Virus record (IMG/VR): IMGVR_UViG_3300025137_000018
Span: 1 to 64,000 of that record
Direction: 5' to 3' (one strand)
DNA length: 64,000 nt
Source: a virus
Below are positions 1-10,124 of the stretch, piece by piece; within the stretch, counting starts at the first letter, position 1; each line of letters begins with the position of its first letter. The translations under genes were made by a program, and so were the position numbers. Below the pieces are notes generated by a model. That model saw only the letters and a list, made by a program, of their open reading frames with translations. It was not told where the DNA came from and did no database searches.

Positions 1-2
1 AT

Positions 3-3000
3 GTAAGTACAACAAGTGTTTACCCACAGACAGATAACGCAGTAGATTTAGGCTTTAACTCCTCTGCTCATCGCTTCAAAAACCTCTACCTTTCAGGAAC
101 CATATCTAGTGGTGCTATTACAAGTACAGGGGCTGTAAAAGCATATGGTAACTCTGACACTGTTGCGGCTTTAGAAATATATTCAAATTCTACTCATGGT
201 ATGCGAATATTGCATAGAGGTACCGATGGTGATTTTAGTTTTGAAAGAAGGGTTGCCGGCACGAACACAGAGTTTTTAAGAATTGGCAGAGGCAATGGAA
301 ACGCTACCTTTGCAGGAACTATCTCTAGTGGTGCTATTACAAGTAGTGGAAATATTGCTATTACAGCAGGTTCAGGTCAACGTTATATAGAAATGGGGTC
401 AGGTACTTCAGGCGCAAAAACATATAGAATCTATAATGGTATTGCATGGAATCCCGATGCTTTATTAATTTATAATCATACTGATGATTCTACTGTTCTT
501 ACTATTGAACCAGGTAAACTTGGAATCAATAAAGGTGCAAGTAGTTTAAGCCATACCTTAGATGTTGGTGGTAATGTTGCTATATCAGGTACAGAAATTA
601 TTTCAAGTGCTAGAAACCTAACTAACATCGGCACAATCTCTAGTGGTTCTATAACGAGCTCAGGAGATGGATTCTTTAATGGAACAAAACTAGTAGGCGA
701 TAGCAAACACATGATTAGTTTTGCTGATACCTGGCTAAGATTAAATCCTGATAATCATTTTACTAGTGGTATATATGCCGGTACTGGACTATTAAGAACA
801 GATGGGCATTTCCAGGTTGGAGCTAGCGGAGCTAAATTTAGTGTAAATGGTATAACAGGCAACGTTACTGTTGCAGGAACTATTAGTTCTACAGGTCAAC
901 ATTATGTTGGATCAAATGTTGTTTGGAATGCCGGAAATGACGGTAGTGGATCAGGTTTAGATGCTGATGTGCTTGATGGACAGGAAGGTTCCTACTACCT
1001 TAATTATAATAATTTAAGTAATAAGCCTACAATTACAACACTTAGTAATGGAGCAAACAATAGAATTGTAACTGCTACAGGTACTTCTAGTCTTGATGCT
1101 GAAGCAAATCTTCAATATGATGGAAGTGCATTAGATATTTACACAGGAAGTATTGCAGTAACAGACAATCATGCTGGCCTTACATTCAGACAGACAGGTG
1201 TATATGCTGATGGAAGATACGAACACAGATTTAGAAAAAGAGACGAAGGCGGCGGAATACCACTTTATATAGACAAAACAGATTCTACAGCTAACGCGCA
1301 TACAGCAATTGCAAGATTTGGTAGTTATACAGGTAATACCGACGAATTTGAAGTTTATGGTAAAGCGAAAGTAGCTGATTTACATATTCACAGTGGTACA
1401 GGCGGTACAAATACACAAGGCCTACTCTTTACGCTTACGGATAATGCAGATGCTCAAGCATATATTAAGAAAAGTGCTTATTATATGCACTACAACTCAA
1501 ACCAAAACGAAGGCCATCATTTTACATATTCAGGAACTCAGTCGCTACTTAGGTTACATGGCGGAAATAATGTAACAAGACCTCATTCAGTAGATATTAC
1601 TGCTGATAACGGTCTTTACATGAATAACACACAGGTCATGACTCAAGCTAGAGCATTGACAAATGTCACAACTGCTACTGCGGCAGGTGGTACTAATACT
1701 ACAGCACTTGCTAATACAGCCTTCGTACAACAAGAAATTACATCATTAGTTGGAGGAGCTCCGACTGCATTAGATACTCTTAATGAACTTGCAGCAGCTA
1801 TTAACGATGACTCAAACTATAACACAACTCTTACAACAGCATTAGGAACAAAACTACCAAAGGCTGGTGGAACAATAACCGGAAATTTGACAGTAAATAA
1901 TAACCTGTATATAGGTGATGGTAATGATGGTTATTTTTATAATGACGTTAACGGTAGAACTGCTTTTCGAAGCGGTGACTTCTATATTCAAGATACTGTA
2001 AGTAATTTTTATAACTATGCAACTAACCAATATTATGGAGATAGTAGTGGAGATAACATACACTTTAGAGGGAATGTTCTTGATGGTACAGGCTGGCAAA
2101 TAAATGGAGCAGGAATGCTCACCACAAGAGATCATTTACTAAATGCAGGATATCACTTACAAAGAGCAGATCACCATTCAGGTCATTTAGAAGGTTCATA
2201 TAACAACGTAGGTGCAAACGAATCTAAGTCAAATCCAATTTATACTATTGGTTCGAGCTACAATCCGAACTCTACTACGTTGGGTAATATGTACGGTGTT
2301 GGATTTTCTTATTCAAATGCCTCATTCATTAACTTTTCAGGTGGAGCGGGTTGGGGAATGTATGTCGCGGCAGATGGCGACGCGCGAGTATGGCTAAATG
2401 GTAGTGCTGGAACTATTGCCAGTACAGGGCAACATTATGTTGGTTCAAATGTTGTTTGGAACGCAGGCAATGATGGCTCAGGTTCAGGTCTCGATGCCGA
2501 CTTGTTAGATGGTGTTCAAGGAGCAAATTATGCAAGACTTGACCAATCAAATGTATTTGGTGCTGGTACACATTCAAATTACTTTAGAAGAAACAACACA
2601 TCAAATTATACAGATGCACCTTTACTTGTAGAATCCTATGGAGGTTCAAGTACAACCACTGGTGTTGGTTTTCATATCTCAGGTTCTGTAGGTAGATACC
2701 TATTTATGAATAATTCTGGCAATTTATTTTGGAACAGTACAGCATCACAAATTTGGCACACAAGCAACGACGGTTCAGGATCAGGACTTGATGCAGATTT
2801 ACTTGATGGCGTTGATAGCACTAAATACTTTAAATCTCCTGGTAATGTATCTGCTTGGGAGAGAAATAACGCTAACTTCAGTGTCCAAGGAGGAGACGCT
2901 AGTAATGTTGGACTCCACATGGAGCAGTCAAATGGCGTTTTCGGATTTCAACTTTATAGTGCGAGTGGCACATACGGCTTCCTTGATGGAGAGTGGGCAA

Positions 3001-6000
3001 ACTGGGATATCCAGAAAGTGGCAAGTGGTACGTTCAAAGTTGACGAAGGTAGTGGGTTACAAAGAGTGTGGAACGCAGGCAACGATGGTTCAGGTTCTGG
3101 TTTAGATGCTGATCTACTTGATGGACAAGATAGTTCTTACTATAGAAATGCAGGTAATATAAATGCTGGTATTCTTCCTATAGCAAGAATACCAACTTCT
3201 CTTATGAGAGCTACAGGAACAGAATATACTAGTGCTACAAATTGGAGTAGCGGAATATTCCCATTAACTTCAGATAATGTTCTTAATTGGAGTACTGTAC
3301 ATAATTCTACTTCATCTTGGGGAGATTCTCCACAAGCAACTTTTTCCAGTGCATATACTTATGGTGGAGTGGAAAATGTAAAACTTGGATCTATGCAAAT
3401 TCAAACATATTATCCTCATAGCGGATCAGCTGGAAATGGAGTATATTATAGAACTGGATGGGAAAGTTCAGGTTCTTCACCGTACTTTTATTCATGGGCA
3501 AAATTTTATGATACAAATAATGACGGTTCAGGCTCAGGATTAGATGCTGATTTACTTGATGGTGTACAAGGTTCTTCATTCCTAAGAAGCGATGCTACTG
3601 ATACAGCAACAGGCAGTATCAGTCTAAGAGGGGGAGGAAATCATTTAGGGAATCATGAATTTGCAGCTTCAAGCACAGGAACAGCTTATTCAAGTGCGGC
3701 TATCGAACTCAGAGAAAGTAACTATACTGGAACCGGTTCTGCAACTCCTCCGCAAATAGGATTTCACTGGGGTGGTGTGGTTGCCTCTAATATATCTATG
3801 GATTCTGCTGGTGCTATTCTAATTAGGAATAATCCAGGTACTGCATACGAAAACTTTAGAGCTAATAATATATATGCAAATGGAACAAATTTAGTCTGGC
3901 ATGTAGGTAATGACGGAGCAGGTTCTGGTCTAGATGCTGACTTACTTGATGGTGTACAACTATCTGGTATTGCAAGATTAAATTATGATAATACAAATGA
4001 AATAAGAGCTACAAACTTTAAGGCAAATGCTGGCGGAGTGTATTATGCATATACTGCTGCTGGAAATCTTAGAGGGTATATGTATGCCACAGATACTAAT
4101 GATGAACATTTAGTTTTACGAACTTCTGGTGGCGAAGACATAGCATTTAAAGATGACACTACTAACAATATGATTGTTCGTGGTGATGGTAATGTATGGA
4201 TAAGAGGTGCAATAGTAAATGGTACTATTCCTTATTCACAGGTAACAGGAACACCAACAATACCAACTAACAACAATCAGTTAACAAATGGTGCAGGTTA
4301 TATTACCACATCTGGTAATGCTGCTACATCTCATGCTGTTACAGGTTCTGCCTTTGCCACAACTGGTTCACCTAGTAGTGTTTTAGAATACCAACAAGCA
4401 TCGGGTCAAACTGATACAAGATTGGCTCCTTCAGGCGACTGGCATAATACTATTCGTATGGGTCATGGTAATCCATATAATTATTATTCTAATACTATTG
4501 CAGCAAGAATGACAGGAACAGGGCCTGGTGATTTATATACTCAATCGATTTATAATAACGCGGCAGGAGGTTGGAGAAAACTTTGGAGCACAGGTAATGA
4601 CGGTTCAGGGTCAGGCTTAGATGCTGATCTACTTGATGGAATACACGCTGCTTCATTCTTAAGAAGTGATGCTGCTGATACAGCTGGCAGTAAAATTACA
4701 TTCTCTACTGGACTTGCAAGGAGTGACCATCATGTAGGACATCTCGAAGGCTCTTATAATAACGTTGGAGGTAACGGCAGTAAGTCAAATCCAATATACA
4801 CAATTGGTAGTGCTTATAATCCTACTGCAACTGCCCTAAGCGATATGTATGGTATTGGGTATTCTCACCCAAATTTCTGGGGTAGTGGCAAAACTTCTGA
4901 TTGGGGACTGTATGTTGCAAATAATGGTGCCGTAGACGCAACAATTGGTAATGGAACAACAACAGCATGGTTTAAAACTAATGTTATAGTTGGAGGTACT
5001 ATTACTTCTCAAGGTAATCTAGTATGGAATGCTGGTAATGATGGCTCAGGTTCAGGTCTAGATGCAGATTTACTTGATGGTGTTGATAGCACTTCATTTC
5101 TAAGAAGCGATGTATACGATACTGGCGTAGGACTAGCTTTAAACGGCGGAACTTCAAACCATCCCCATGATTCAACGTTATATGTAACAGCAAGTAATAG
5201 TGCTGACTGGGGTATTACAATTGCTGCTAATTCAGGTAAAACTGAATACGGTATGCAAATTCAGATGCCCTCCTCATTCAATTACGCACTTAGAATTTTA
5301 AAGAACGGATCAGAGCACTTTAATGTTAATTCTACTGGCGCAACAATTAGTGGAAACTATATTTGGCACGCTGGTAACGACGGTTCTGGATCTGGCTTAG
5401 ACGCTGATTTGTTGGATGGACAACACGGTTCTTACTATGCCCTTGCTGGTGGAAACGATGAATTAAGAGCTATACCAAACAGATGGTATGCGAATGCAAA
5501 TGCTGTTCAAACCCTAGATTATTACCAACACAATTATGCTAAAGCCCACATGGGTAACACCTACAAGTACACAACTTCTCGTCCAGCAATTACTTCTGAT
5601 TCGAATTATTGGGTTGGCTCGATGGGTTGGGGACAAGTTGATCTTAATACTATACTGTCTTATGGATCAGGTTTCTGGGACTCTTGGGGAACCCCTGCAA
5701 ATCGGCCGTCTACTTATACCACCCATTGGACTGGTTTAAATTCGATGCATTACTCAGCGTCTTCTACTTATCATCATGGTATGCAGATGGCGATGGGCGC
5801 AGGAGATCCTTCTCATACATATCTTAGAGGTTGGTGGGCAAACGGTGGCTCTGGAAATGCTTGGCAGAAAATCTGGACATCAGGAAATGACGGTTCAGGT
5901 TCTACGCTAGACGCAGATTTACTTGATGGACAACAAGGTTCTTACTATGCACAAGCGTCATTATCTAATAATAAGACATATACTAATTCAGCTAACACTG

Positions 6001-7679
6001 CTGGCTCATATTTAGGTGGTCATTATTCTTCTGGAGGAACTGAAAAACCAAATTCATCAACCTTTGGGTCTGGTAAACTTAAAACCGCTATGCTTGGCTC
6101 AGGAAATCTTGGGTTTGGAGGATCATGGAATGATGTTCTTTGGATGTCAAGTTACAATGGAGGTGATGTTAAAAAATCAACCGCCATAGTATCGAGTAAA
6201 TATAATGATGCTGATATGTGGGTTGTAAAACAGAATTATGATTCTTCTTCTTGGGGAACTGGCTATAAAATTTGGAACGCAGGTAGTGATGGATCTGGCT
6301 CAGGACTTGATGCAGACGTACTTGATGGTGTTCAAGCTGCATCATTTGTAAGAAGTGATAATAATGATACCCTTTCAGAACAGTACACATTTACTAAAGT
6401 CAATGACCACGCAATAAGAGTGGGAACGATTCGCGGAACTGTTGTTGGCAGTAATAGCGGTGAATACATACAAATGTATGAGCGAGTTCATATTGGCTCT
6501 CCTGCTGGTTGGGGTTCAAGAGGTGCGCCTAGTTACGGATTATCCACTTATGGTGGAGCAAATTTAGCTACAGATACAGGTAGCGTAACAATATCAGGTA
6601 GTACTGCTTGGCATGCAGGAAATGACGGTTCAGGTTCTGGTTTAGATGCTGATTTACTTGATGGAGGACAGAGCACCGACTATGCTAGAAAGGGTAATGT
6701 TGGGTATCAACAAGCTAGTGATCTTTTTACATTCCCTTCATTTAACGATGGCAACTCTTCCTCAGGAGATCAATCATCAGTACAAATTTATAACGGCAAT
6801 GCTCAAGAAGATGCTTTTATAGCTTTTCATATAAGTGGAGATTACGCAGGTTACTTTGGACTAGATGGAACTACAAATGACTTATTCTGGGGTGGCTGGT
6901 CTGTAGGAAATAATAAACATAAAATTTGGCATGCAGGCAACGACGGTTCAGGTTCAGGTCTTGATGCTGACTTACTCGATGGTATGACTTCTGGCGCTAG
7001 TGGTAGTAGTATTATAATGAGAACTGAATCCAATGGATATTCACAATTAAATAACTGGCAACAAGTTGGTGACGCTGGTTTATATTCAGCAACTACAAAC
7101 GGCGCACATTGGTATCCTAACACTGCTGTTGCTTACGGCGTTTGGCGAAGTAATGGTTCTAGAGGTGGTTATTCCGGAATATACCATAATAATGGCGGCG
7201 TTGTTAGCGGTATGTATGATTCAGGAGGTAATGGTGGTGACTGGAATGGTACAAATGGTTGGCAATGGTACTGGCATAGAAGTAATTCTTGCTTAGCTGT
7301 TGCAGGGTCTACTACTTCCTCTAGTTATGCACTTTACGCAGGAGGAGCAATATACGCGACTGGAAATATAACTGCATATTCTGATAGAAGAATTAAAGAA
7401 AATATCGTTCAAATAGATAATGCTTTAGAAAAAGTAAATAAGCTAGAAGGCGTGTATTATAACAGAATTGACGATGAAAGTAAAACAAAAGAAATTGGTT
7501 TTATCGCTCAAGACGTAAATAAAGTTGCACCTGAGTTGGTAACTTATGCAGAAGACGTTGATCAATACGGAGTCAAGTATGGAAATACTACTGCATTACT
7601 AGTAGAGGCAGTAAAAGAATTAACACAACAAGTAAAAGACTTGAAACAAGAAATAGAGGAAATAAAAAATGTCAAGTAA
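3..7679 (+). CDS. Giant long tail fibre/adhesin, 5'-truncated by the window, with C-terminal intramolecular chaperone (peptidase S74-like)
   Basis: Frame is open from position 3 (VSTTSVYPQTDNAVDLGFNSSAHRFKNLYLSG...) through the 201 ATG. G/S/N-rich repeats. C-terminal YSDRRIKENI...EIGFIAQDV...LVEAVKELTQQV coiled coil is typical of S74 chaperones. Lies directly upstream of the neck genes. Confidence 0.85.
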   Translation, partial: VSTTSVYPQTDNAVDLGFNSSAHRFKNLYLSGTISSGAITSTGAVKAYGNSDTVAALEIYSNSTHGMRILHRGTDGDFSFERRVAGTNTEFLRIGRGNGNATFAGTISSGAITSSGNIAITAGSGQRYIEMGSGTSGAKTYRIYNGIAWNPDALLIYNHTDDSTVLTIEPGKLGINKGASSLSHTLDVGGNVAISGTEIISSARNLTNIGTISSGSITSSGDGFFNGTKLVGDSKHMISFADTWLRLNPDNHFTSGIYAGTGLLRTDGHFQVGASGAKFSVNGITGNVTVAGTISSTGQHYVGSNVVWNAGNDGSGSGLDADVLDGQEGSYYLNYNNLSNKPTITTLSNGANNRIVTATGTSSLDAEANLQYDGSALDIYTGSIAVTDNHAGLTFRQTGVYADGRYEHRFRKRDEGGGIPLYIDKTDSTANAHTAIARFGSYTGNTDEFEVYGKAKVADLHIHSGTGGTNTQGLLFTLTDNADAQAYIKKSAYYMHYNSNQNEGHHFTYSGTQSLLRLHGGNNVTRPHSVDITADNGLYMNNTQVMTQARALTNVTTATAAGGTNTTALANTAFVQQEITSLVGGAPTALDTLNELAAAINDDSNYNTTLTTALGTKLPKAGGTITGNLTVNNNLYIGDGNDGYFYNDVNGRTAFRSGDFYIQDTVSNFYNYATNQYYGDSSGDNIHFRGNVLDGTGWQINGAGMLTTRDHLLNAGYHLQRADHHSGHLEGSYNNVGANESKSNPIYTIGSSYNPNSTTLGNMYGVGFSYSNASFINFSGGAGWGMYVAADGDARVWLNGSAGTIASTGQHYVGSNVVWNAGNDGSGSGLDADLLDGVQGANYARLDQSNVFGAGTHSNYFRRNNTSNYTDAPLLVESYGGSSTTTGVGFHISGSVGRYLFMNNSGNLFWNSTASQIWHTSNDGSGSGLDADLLDGVDSTKYFKSPGNVSAWERNNANFSVQGGDASNVGLHMEQSNGVFGFQLYSASGTYGFLDGEWANWDIQKVASGTFKVDEGSGLQRVWNAGNDGSGSGLDADLLDGQDSSYYRNAGNINAGILPIARIPTSLMRATGTEYTSATNWSSGIFPLTSDNVLNWSTVHNSTSSWGDSPQATFSSAYTYGGVENVKLGSMQIQTYYPHSGSAGNGVYYRTGWESSGSSPYFYSWAKFYDTNNDGSGSGLDADLLDGVQGSSFLRSDATDTATGSISLRGGGNHLGNHEFAASSTGTAYSSAAIELRESNYTGTGSATPPQIGFHWGGVVASNISMDSAGAILIRNNPGTAYENFRANNIYANGTNLVWHVGNDGAGSGLDADLLDGVQLSGIARLNYDNTNEIRATNFKANAGGVYYAYTAAGNLRGYMYATDTNDEHLVLRTSGGEDIAFKDDTTNNMIVRGDGNVWIRGAIVNGTIPYSQVTGTPTIPTNNNQLTNGAGYITTSGNAATSHAVTGSAFATTGSPSSVLEYQQASGQTDTRLAPSGDWHNTIRMGHGNPYNYYSNTIAARMTGTGPGDLYTQSIYNNAAGGWRKLWSTGNDGSGSGLDADLLDGIHAASFLRSDAADTAGSKITFSTGLARSDHHVGHLEGSYNNVGGNGSKSNPIYTIGSAYNPTATALSDMYGIGYSHPNFWGSGKTSDWGLYVANNGAVDATIGNGTTTAWFKTNVIVGGTITSQGNLVWNAGNDGSGSGLDADLLDGVDSTSFLRSDVYDTGVGLALNGGTSNHPHDSTLYVTASNSADWGITIAANSGKTEYGMQIQMPSSFNYALRILKNGSEHFNVNSTGATISGNYIWHAGNDGSGSGLDADLLDGQHGSYYALAGGNDELRAIPNRWYANANAVQTLDYYQHNYAKAHMGNTYKYTTSRPAITSDSNYWVGSMGWGQVDLNTILSYGSGFWDSWGTPANRPSTYTTHWTGLNSMHYSASSTYHHGMQMAMGAGDPSHTYLRGWWANGGSGNAWQKIWTSGNDGSGSTLDADLLDGQQGSYYAQASLSNNKTYTNSANTAGSYLGGHYSSGGTEKPNSSTFGSGKLKTAMLGSGNLGFGGSWNDVLWMSSYNGGDVKKSTAIVSSKYNDADMWVVKQNYDSSSWGTGYKIWNAGSDGSGSGLDADVLDGVQAASFVRSDNNDTLSEQYTFTKVNDHAIRVGTIRGTVVGSNSGEYIQMYERVHIGSPAGWGSRGAPSYGLSTYGGANLATDTGSVTISGSTAWHAGNDGSGSGLDADLLDGGQSTDYARKGNVGYQQASDLFTFPSFNDGNSSSGDQSSVQIYNGNAQEDAFIAFHISGDYAGYFGLDGTTNDLFWGGWSVGNNKHKIWHAGNDGSGSGLDADLLDGMTSGASGSSIIMRTESNGYSQLNNWQQVGDAGLYSATTNGAHWYPNTAVAYGVWRSNGSRGGYSGIYHNNGGVVSGMYDSGGNGGDWNGTNGWQWYWHRSNSCLAVAGSTTSSSYALYAGGAIYATGNITAYSDRRIKENIVQIDNALEKVNKLEGVYYNRIDDESKTKEIGFIAQDVNKVAPELVTYAEDVDQYGVKYGNTTALLVEAVKELTQQVKDLKQEIEEIKNVK
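924..6983 (+). repeat. 13 dispersed in-frame copies of a ~57 nt linker encoding WxxGNDGSGSGLDADLLDG
   Basis: Copies begin at 924, 2457, 2754, 3069, 3507, 3897, 4584, 5025, 5364, 5874, 6273, 6609 and 6927, all in the tail fibre frame. Confidence 0.95.
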
Positions 7680-7851
7680 AACAGTAACACATATAGCATG
7701 GCACCCTGATAGAACAGTGCCAACTGAAACACCTGCTGCCATGCAAATAGATTATAGTGATGCTTCACAGGACATCTTAGTCGCAGGAGCAGATGTTAGT
7801 GATAAGTTACAACTAGTACAAGATGCATATGCTGTATTATTTACAAGTTAA
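7669..7851 (+). CDS. Small hypothetical protein, possible tail fibre accessory
   Basis: 60 aa ORF overlapping the fibre stop, preceded by GAGGA. Confidence 0.55.
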   Translation: MSSKTVTHIAWHPDRTVPTETPAAMQIDYSDASQDILVAGADVSDKLQLVQDAYAVLFTS

Positions 7852-7863
7852 GTAAAAAACTAT

Positions 7864-7871
7864 TATAAATA
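7864..7871 (+). promoter_or_regulatory. T4-type late promoter TATAAATA
   Basis: Exact gp55 consensus in the intergenic gap upstream of the neck operon. Confidence 0.8.
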
Positions 7872-7916
7872 GATATAGAGGAATAACCCTCAAGTCACAA
7901 TTATTAGGAGAAAATA

Positions 7917-8198
7917 ATGGCTATAACATATGAAATCGTAGACGCGTTTACAGGTAAAAGAACGCAATCTACTCCAGATCCCGACAACGAGGGACAAACT
8001 ATTGACACTGAAATTGATGTAACTGATGTTGAAGTAAAATTTACTGATGATCAATATACACCTGACAAAGTTCACACACGTATGGTAAATGTTTGTTTTG
8101 ATTCAGACGGTGCTTACGACAACACAGCTACATTAGCTAGAGTTGAAGAAGTTATGGCTGGAGTAGAACACAAAATGGCAGTTGGCGTAATAGCTTAA
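7917..8198 (+). CDS. Hypothetical acidic late protein
   Basis: 93 aa, AGGAG SD, follows a late promoter. Confidence 0.7.
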   Translation: MAITYEIVDAFTGKRTQSTPDPDNEGQTIDTEIDVTDVEVKFTDDQYTPDKVHTRMVNVCFDSDGAYDNTATLARVEEVMAGVEHKMAVGVIA

Positions 8199-8212
8199 TA
8201 GAGGATTAAAAA

Positions 8213-9178
8213 ATGGCAAAACCTAACTCAAGAACAACATTAATTGATTATTGTTTAAGATCATTAGGTGCGCCTGTTATTGAAATTAATGTAGATGAAG
8301 ATCAAATCGAAGATAGAATCGATGAAGCTTTTCAATTTTACAATACATTTCATGCAGATGCCATTGAAAAAGTTTTCTTAAAGCACCAAGTAACTGGAAG
8401 CACGTTAACCTTATCGGCAGCTGTTGCTGAAAATTTTACAGTAGGCGAAACCATTACTGGTGGAACATCTGGAGCTACAGCTCTAGTTCATAACACTACT
8501 GCAGGTTCAAACATAGTATATGATTCACTAGGTAATCCTAACGCACCATTCCAGGCTAACGAAGTAGTAACTGGAAGTACTTCTAGTACAACCGGAACTA
8601 TATCTTCTATTACTTTAGGAGATATTGAAAATGGCTATCTTCCTACTCCAGACTTAGTTAAACAAGTAACAAGAGTATTTCCATTTAATGAGAATCACAC
8701 TACTGACATGTTTAGTATTGATTACCAATTACATTTAAATGATATATATTCATTAGGATTTATGGGGAACTTATCAGAGTACTATATGACACAATCTTGG
8801 TTATCTCTATTAGATTTAATAGTTGATACAGACGATAAACATATAGATTTTAATGTCCATAGAAACAATCTAAGAATAGATATGAATTGGAAAACTGAAG
8901 TTGTTATTGGTTCATACATTATAGTAGAATGCCAGAGAGTTTTAGATCCAGATACATATACTGATGTATATAACGATTACTTTCTCAAACGATACGCTAC
9001 AGCATTAATTAAAATGCAATGGGGTATCAACCTATCAAAGTTTGAAGGAATGGTAATGCCAGGCGGTGTTACATTTAACGGACGACAAATCTTAGAAGAC
9101 GCTAAGGAAGAAATAAAAGAATTAACAGAAGAAGCTCGCTTGGTCTGGGAAGATCCAATCGACTTTATGACAGGATAA
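8213..9178 (+). CDS. gp13: Neck protein gp13
   Basis: N-term LIDYCLRSLGAPVIEINVDEDQIEDRIDEA; C-term KRYATALIKMQWGINLSKFEG..PGGVTFNG; synteny. Confidence 0.95.
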   Translation: MAKPNSRTTLIDYCLRSLGAPVIEINVDEDQIEDRIDEAFQFYNTFHADAIEKVFLKHQVTGSTLTLSAAVAENFTVGETITGGTSGATALVHNTTAGSNIVYDSLGNPNAPFQANEVVTGSTSSTTGTISSITLGDIENGYLPTPDLVKQVTRVFPFNENHTTDMFSIDYQLHLNDIYSLGFMGNLSEYYMTQSWLSLLDLIVDTDDKHIDFNVHRNNLRIDMNWKTEVVIGSYIIVECQRVLDPDTYTDVYNDYFLKRYATALIKMQWGINLSKFEGMVMPGGVTFNGRQILEDAKEEIKELTEEARLVWEDPIDFMTG

Positions 9179-9182
9179 ATAA

Positions 9183-10124
9183 ATGCCAAGAAGCGTTTAC
9201 TTTTCTCAGGCTGTAAAAACTGAGCAGAATTTGTACGAAGACTTGATCATAGAGTCTCTTAAAATATATGGTCAGGATGTGTATTATTTGCCTAGAACAA
9301 TGCTTAATAGAGATGATATATTAGGCGAAGATAGTGCATCTAAATTTGATGATGCGTATATGATTGAAGCTTATATTGAAAACGCAGAAGGCTTTGAAGG
9401 TTCAGGGGATTTATATTCTAAATTTGGATTAGAAATTAGAGACGAAGCTAATTTTATTATCTCTAAAAGACAGTGGGAAAAACTTATCGGTTTTTATCAA
9501 ACAAACGATGTTAATCCTACACCAGAATCTGGTGATCTTTTATTCCTACCAATGACAAACAAGTTTTTTGAAATTATGTTTGTTGAGCATGAGCAACCTT
9601 TCTATCAATTATCAAATTTACCGGTTTATAAATTACAATGTAGCCTATATGAATATAGCGATGATGATTTTGAAACAGATATTGCTGCTATTGACACAGT
9701 TCAAGCTAGGAACTCATATGTACAAACGATGTCCGTATCTTTAACTGGTGGTAATCACTTTAAAGTTGGAGAGACAGTATCACAAATAATATCAACTGGT
9801 CCTACAGTAACAGTAACTGGTGAAATACAAACTATTATTAAAACTTCAGATATTGCTGCTGATATTAGTGTAAGTAATATTGGAGTAACTGGTTCAGAGG
9901 GTCAAGGAAAGAACTTCCTGGTATCTCCTACATTAGGTCTGGTTGGCGGAACTAGTAGTAACACCTGCTATATAACTGACATTGTTACTATAGGGGATAA
10001 AGATGATGCTAATACATTTGCATCGGATAATCAAGCAGAGAACGTACAATTTGAAATTGAAGGTGATAACTTTATAGACTTTACCGAATCTAATCCATTC
10101 GGCGATCCATCGGAGACTTATTAA
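9183..10124 (+). CDS. gp14: Neck protein gp14
   Basis: EQNLYEDLIIESLKIYGQDVYYLPR, SKFGLEIRDE, FVEHEQPFYQL, ESNPFG motifs. Confidence 0.95.
   Translation: MPRSVYFSQAVKTEQNLYEDLIIESLKIYGQDVYYLPRTMLNRDDILGEDSASKFDDAYMIEAYIENAEGFEGSGDLYSKFGLEIRDEANFIISKRQWEKLIGFYQTNDVNPTPESGDLLFLPMTNKFFEIMFVEHEQPFYQLSNLPVYKLQCSLYEYSDDDFETDIAAIDTVQARNSYVQTMSVSLTGGNHFKVGETVSQIISTGPTVTVTGEIQTIIKTSDIAADISVSNIGVTGSEGQGKNFLVSPTLGLVGGTSSNTCYITDIVTIGDKDDANTFASDNQAENVQFEIEGDNFIDFTESNPFGDPSETY

Noticed and set aside
924-6983. CRISPR array or DGR suggested by the regular repeats
   Set aside because: The repeats are in-frame coding with synonymous variation and ~300-1500 nt spacing. No cas or reverse transcriptase gene, and no adenine-specific template/variable pair was seen.
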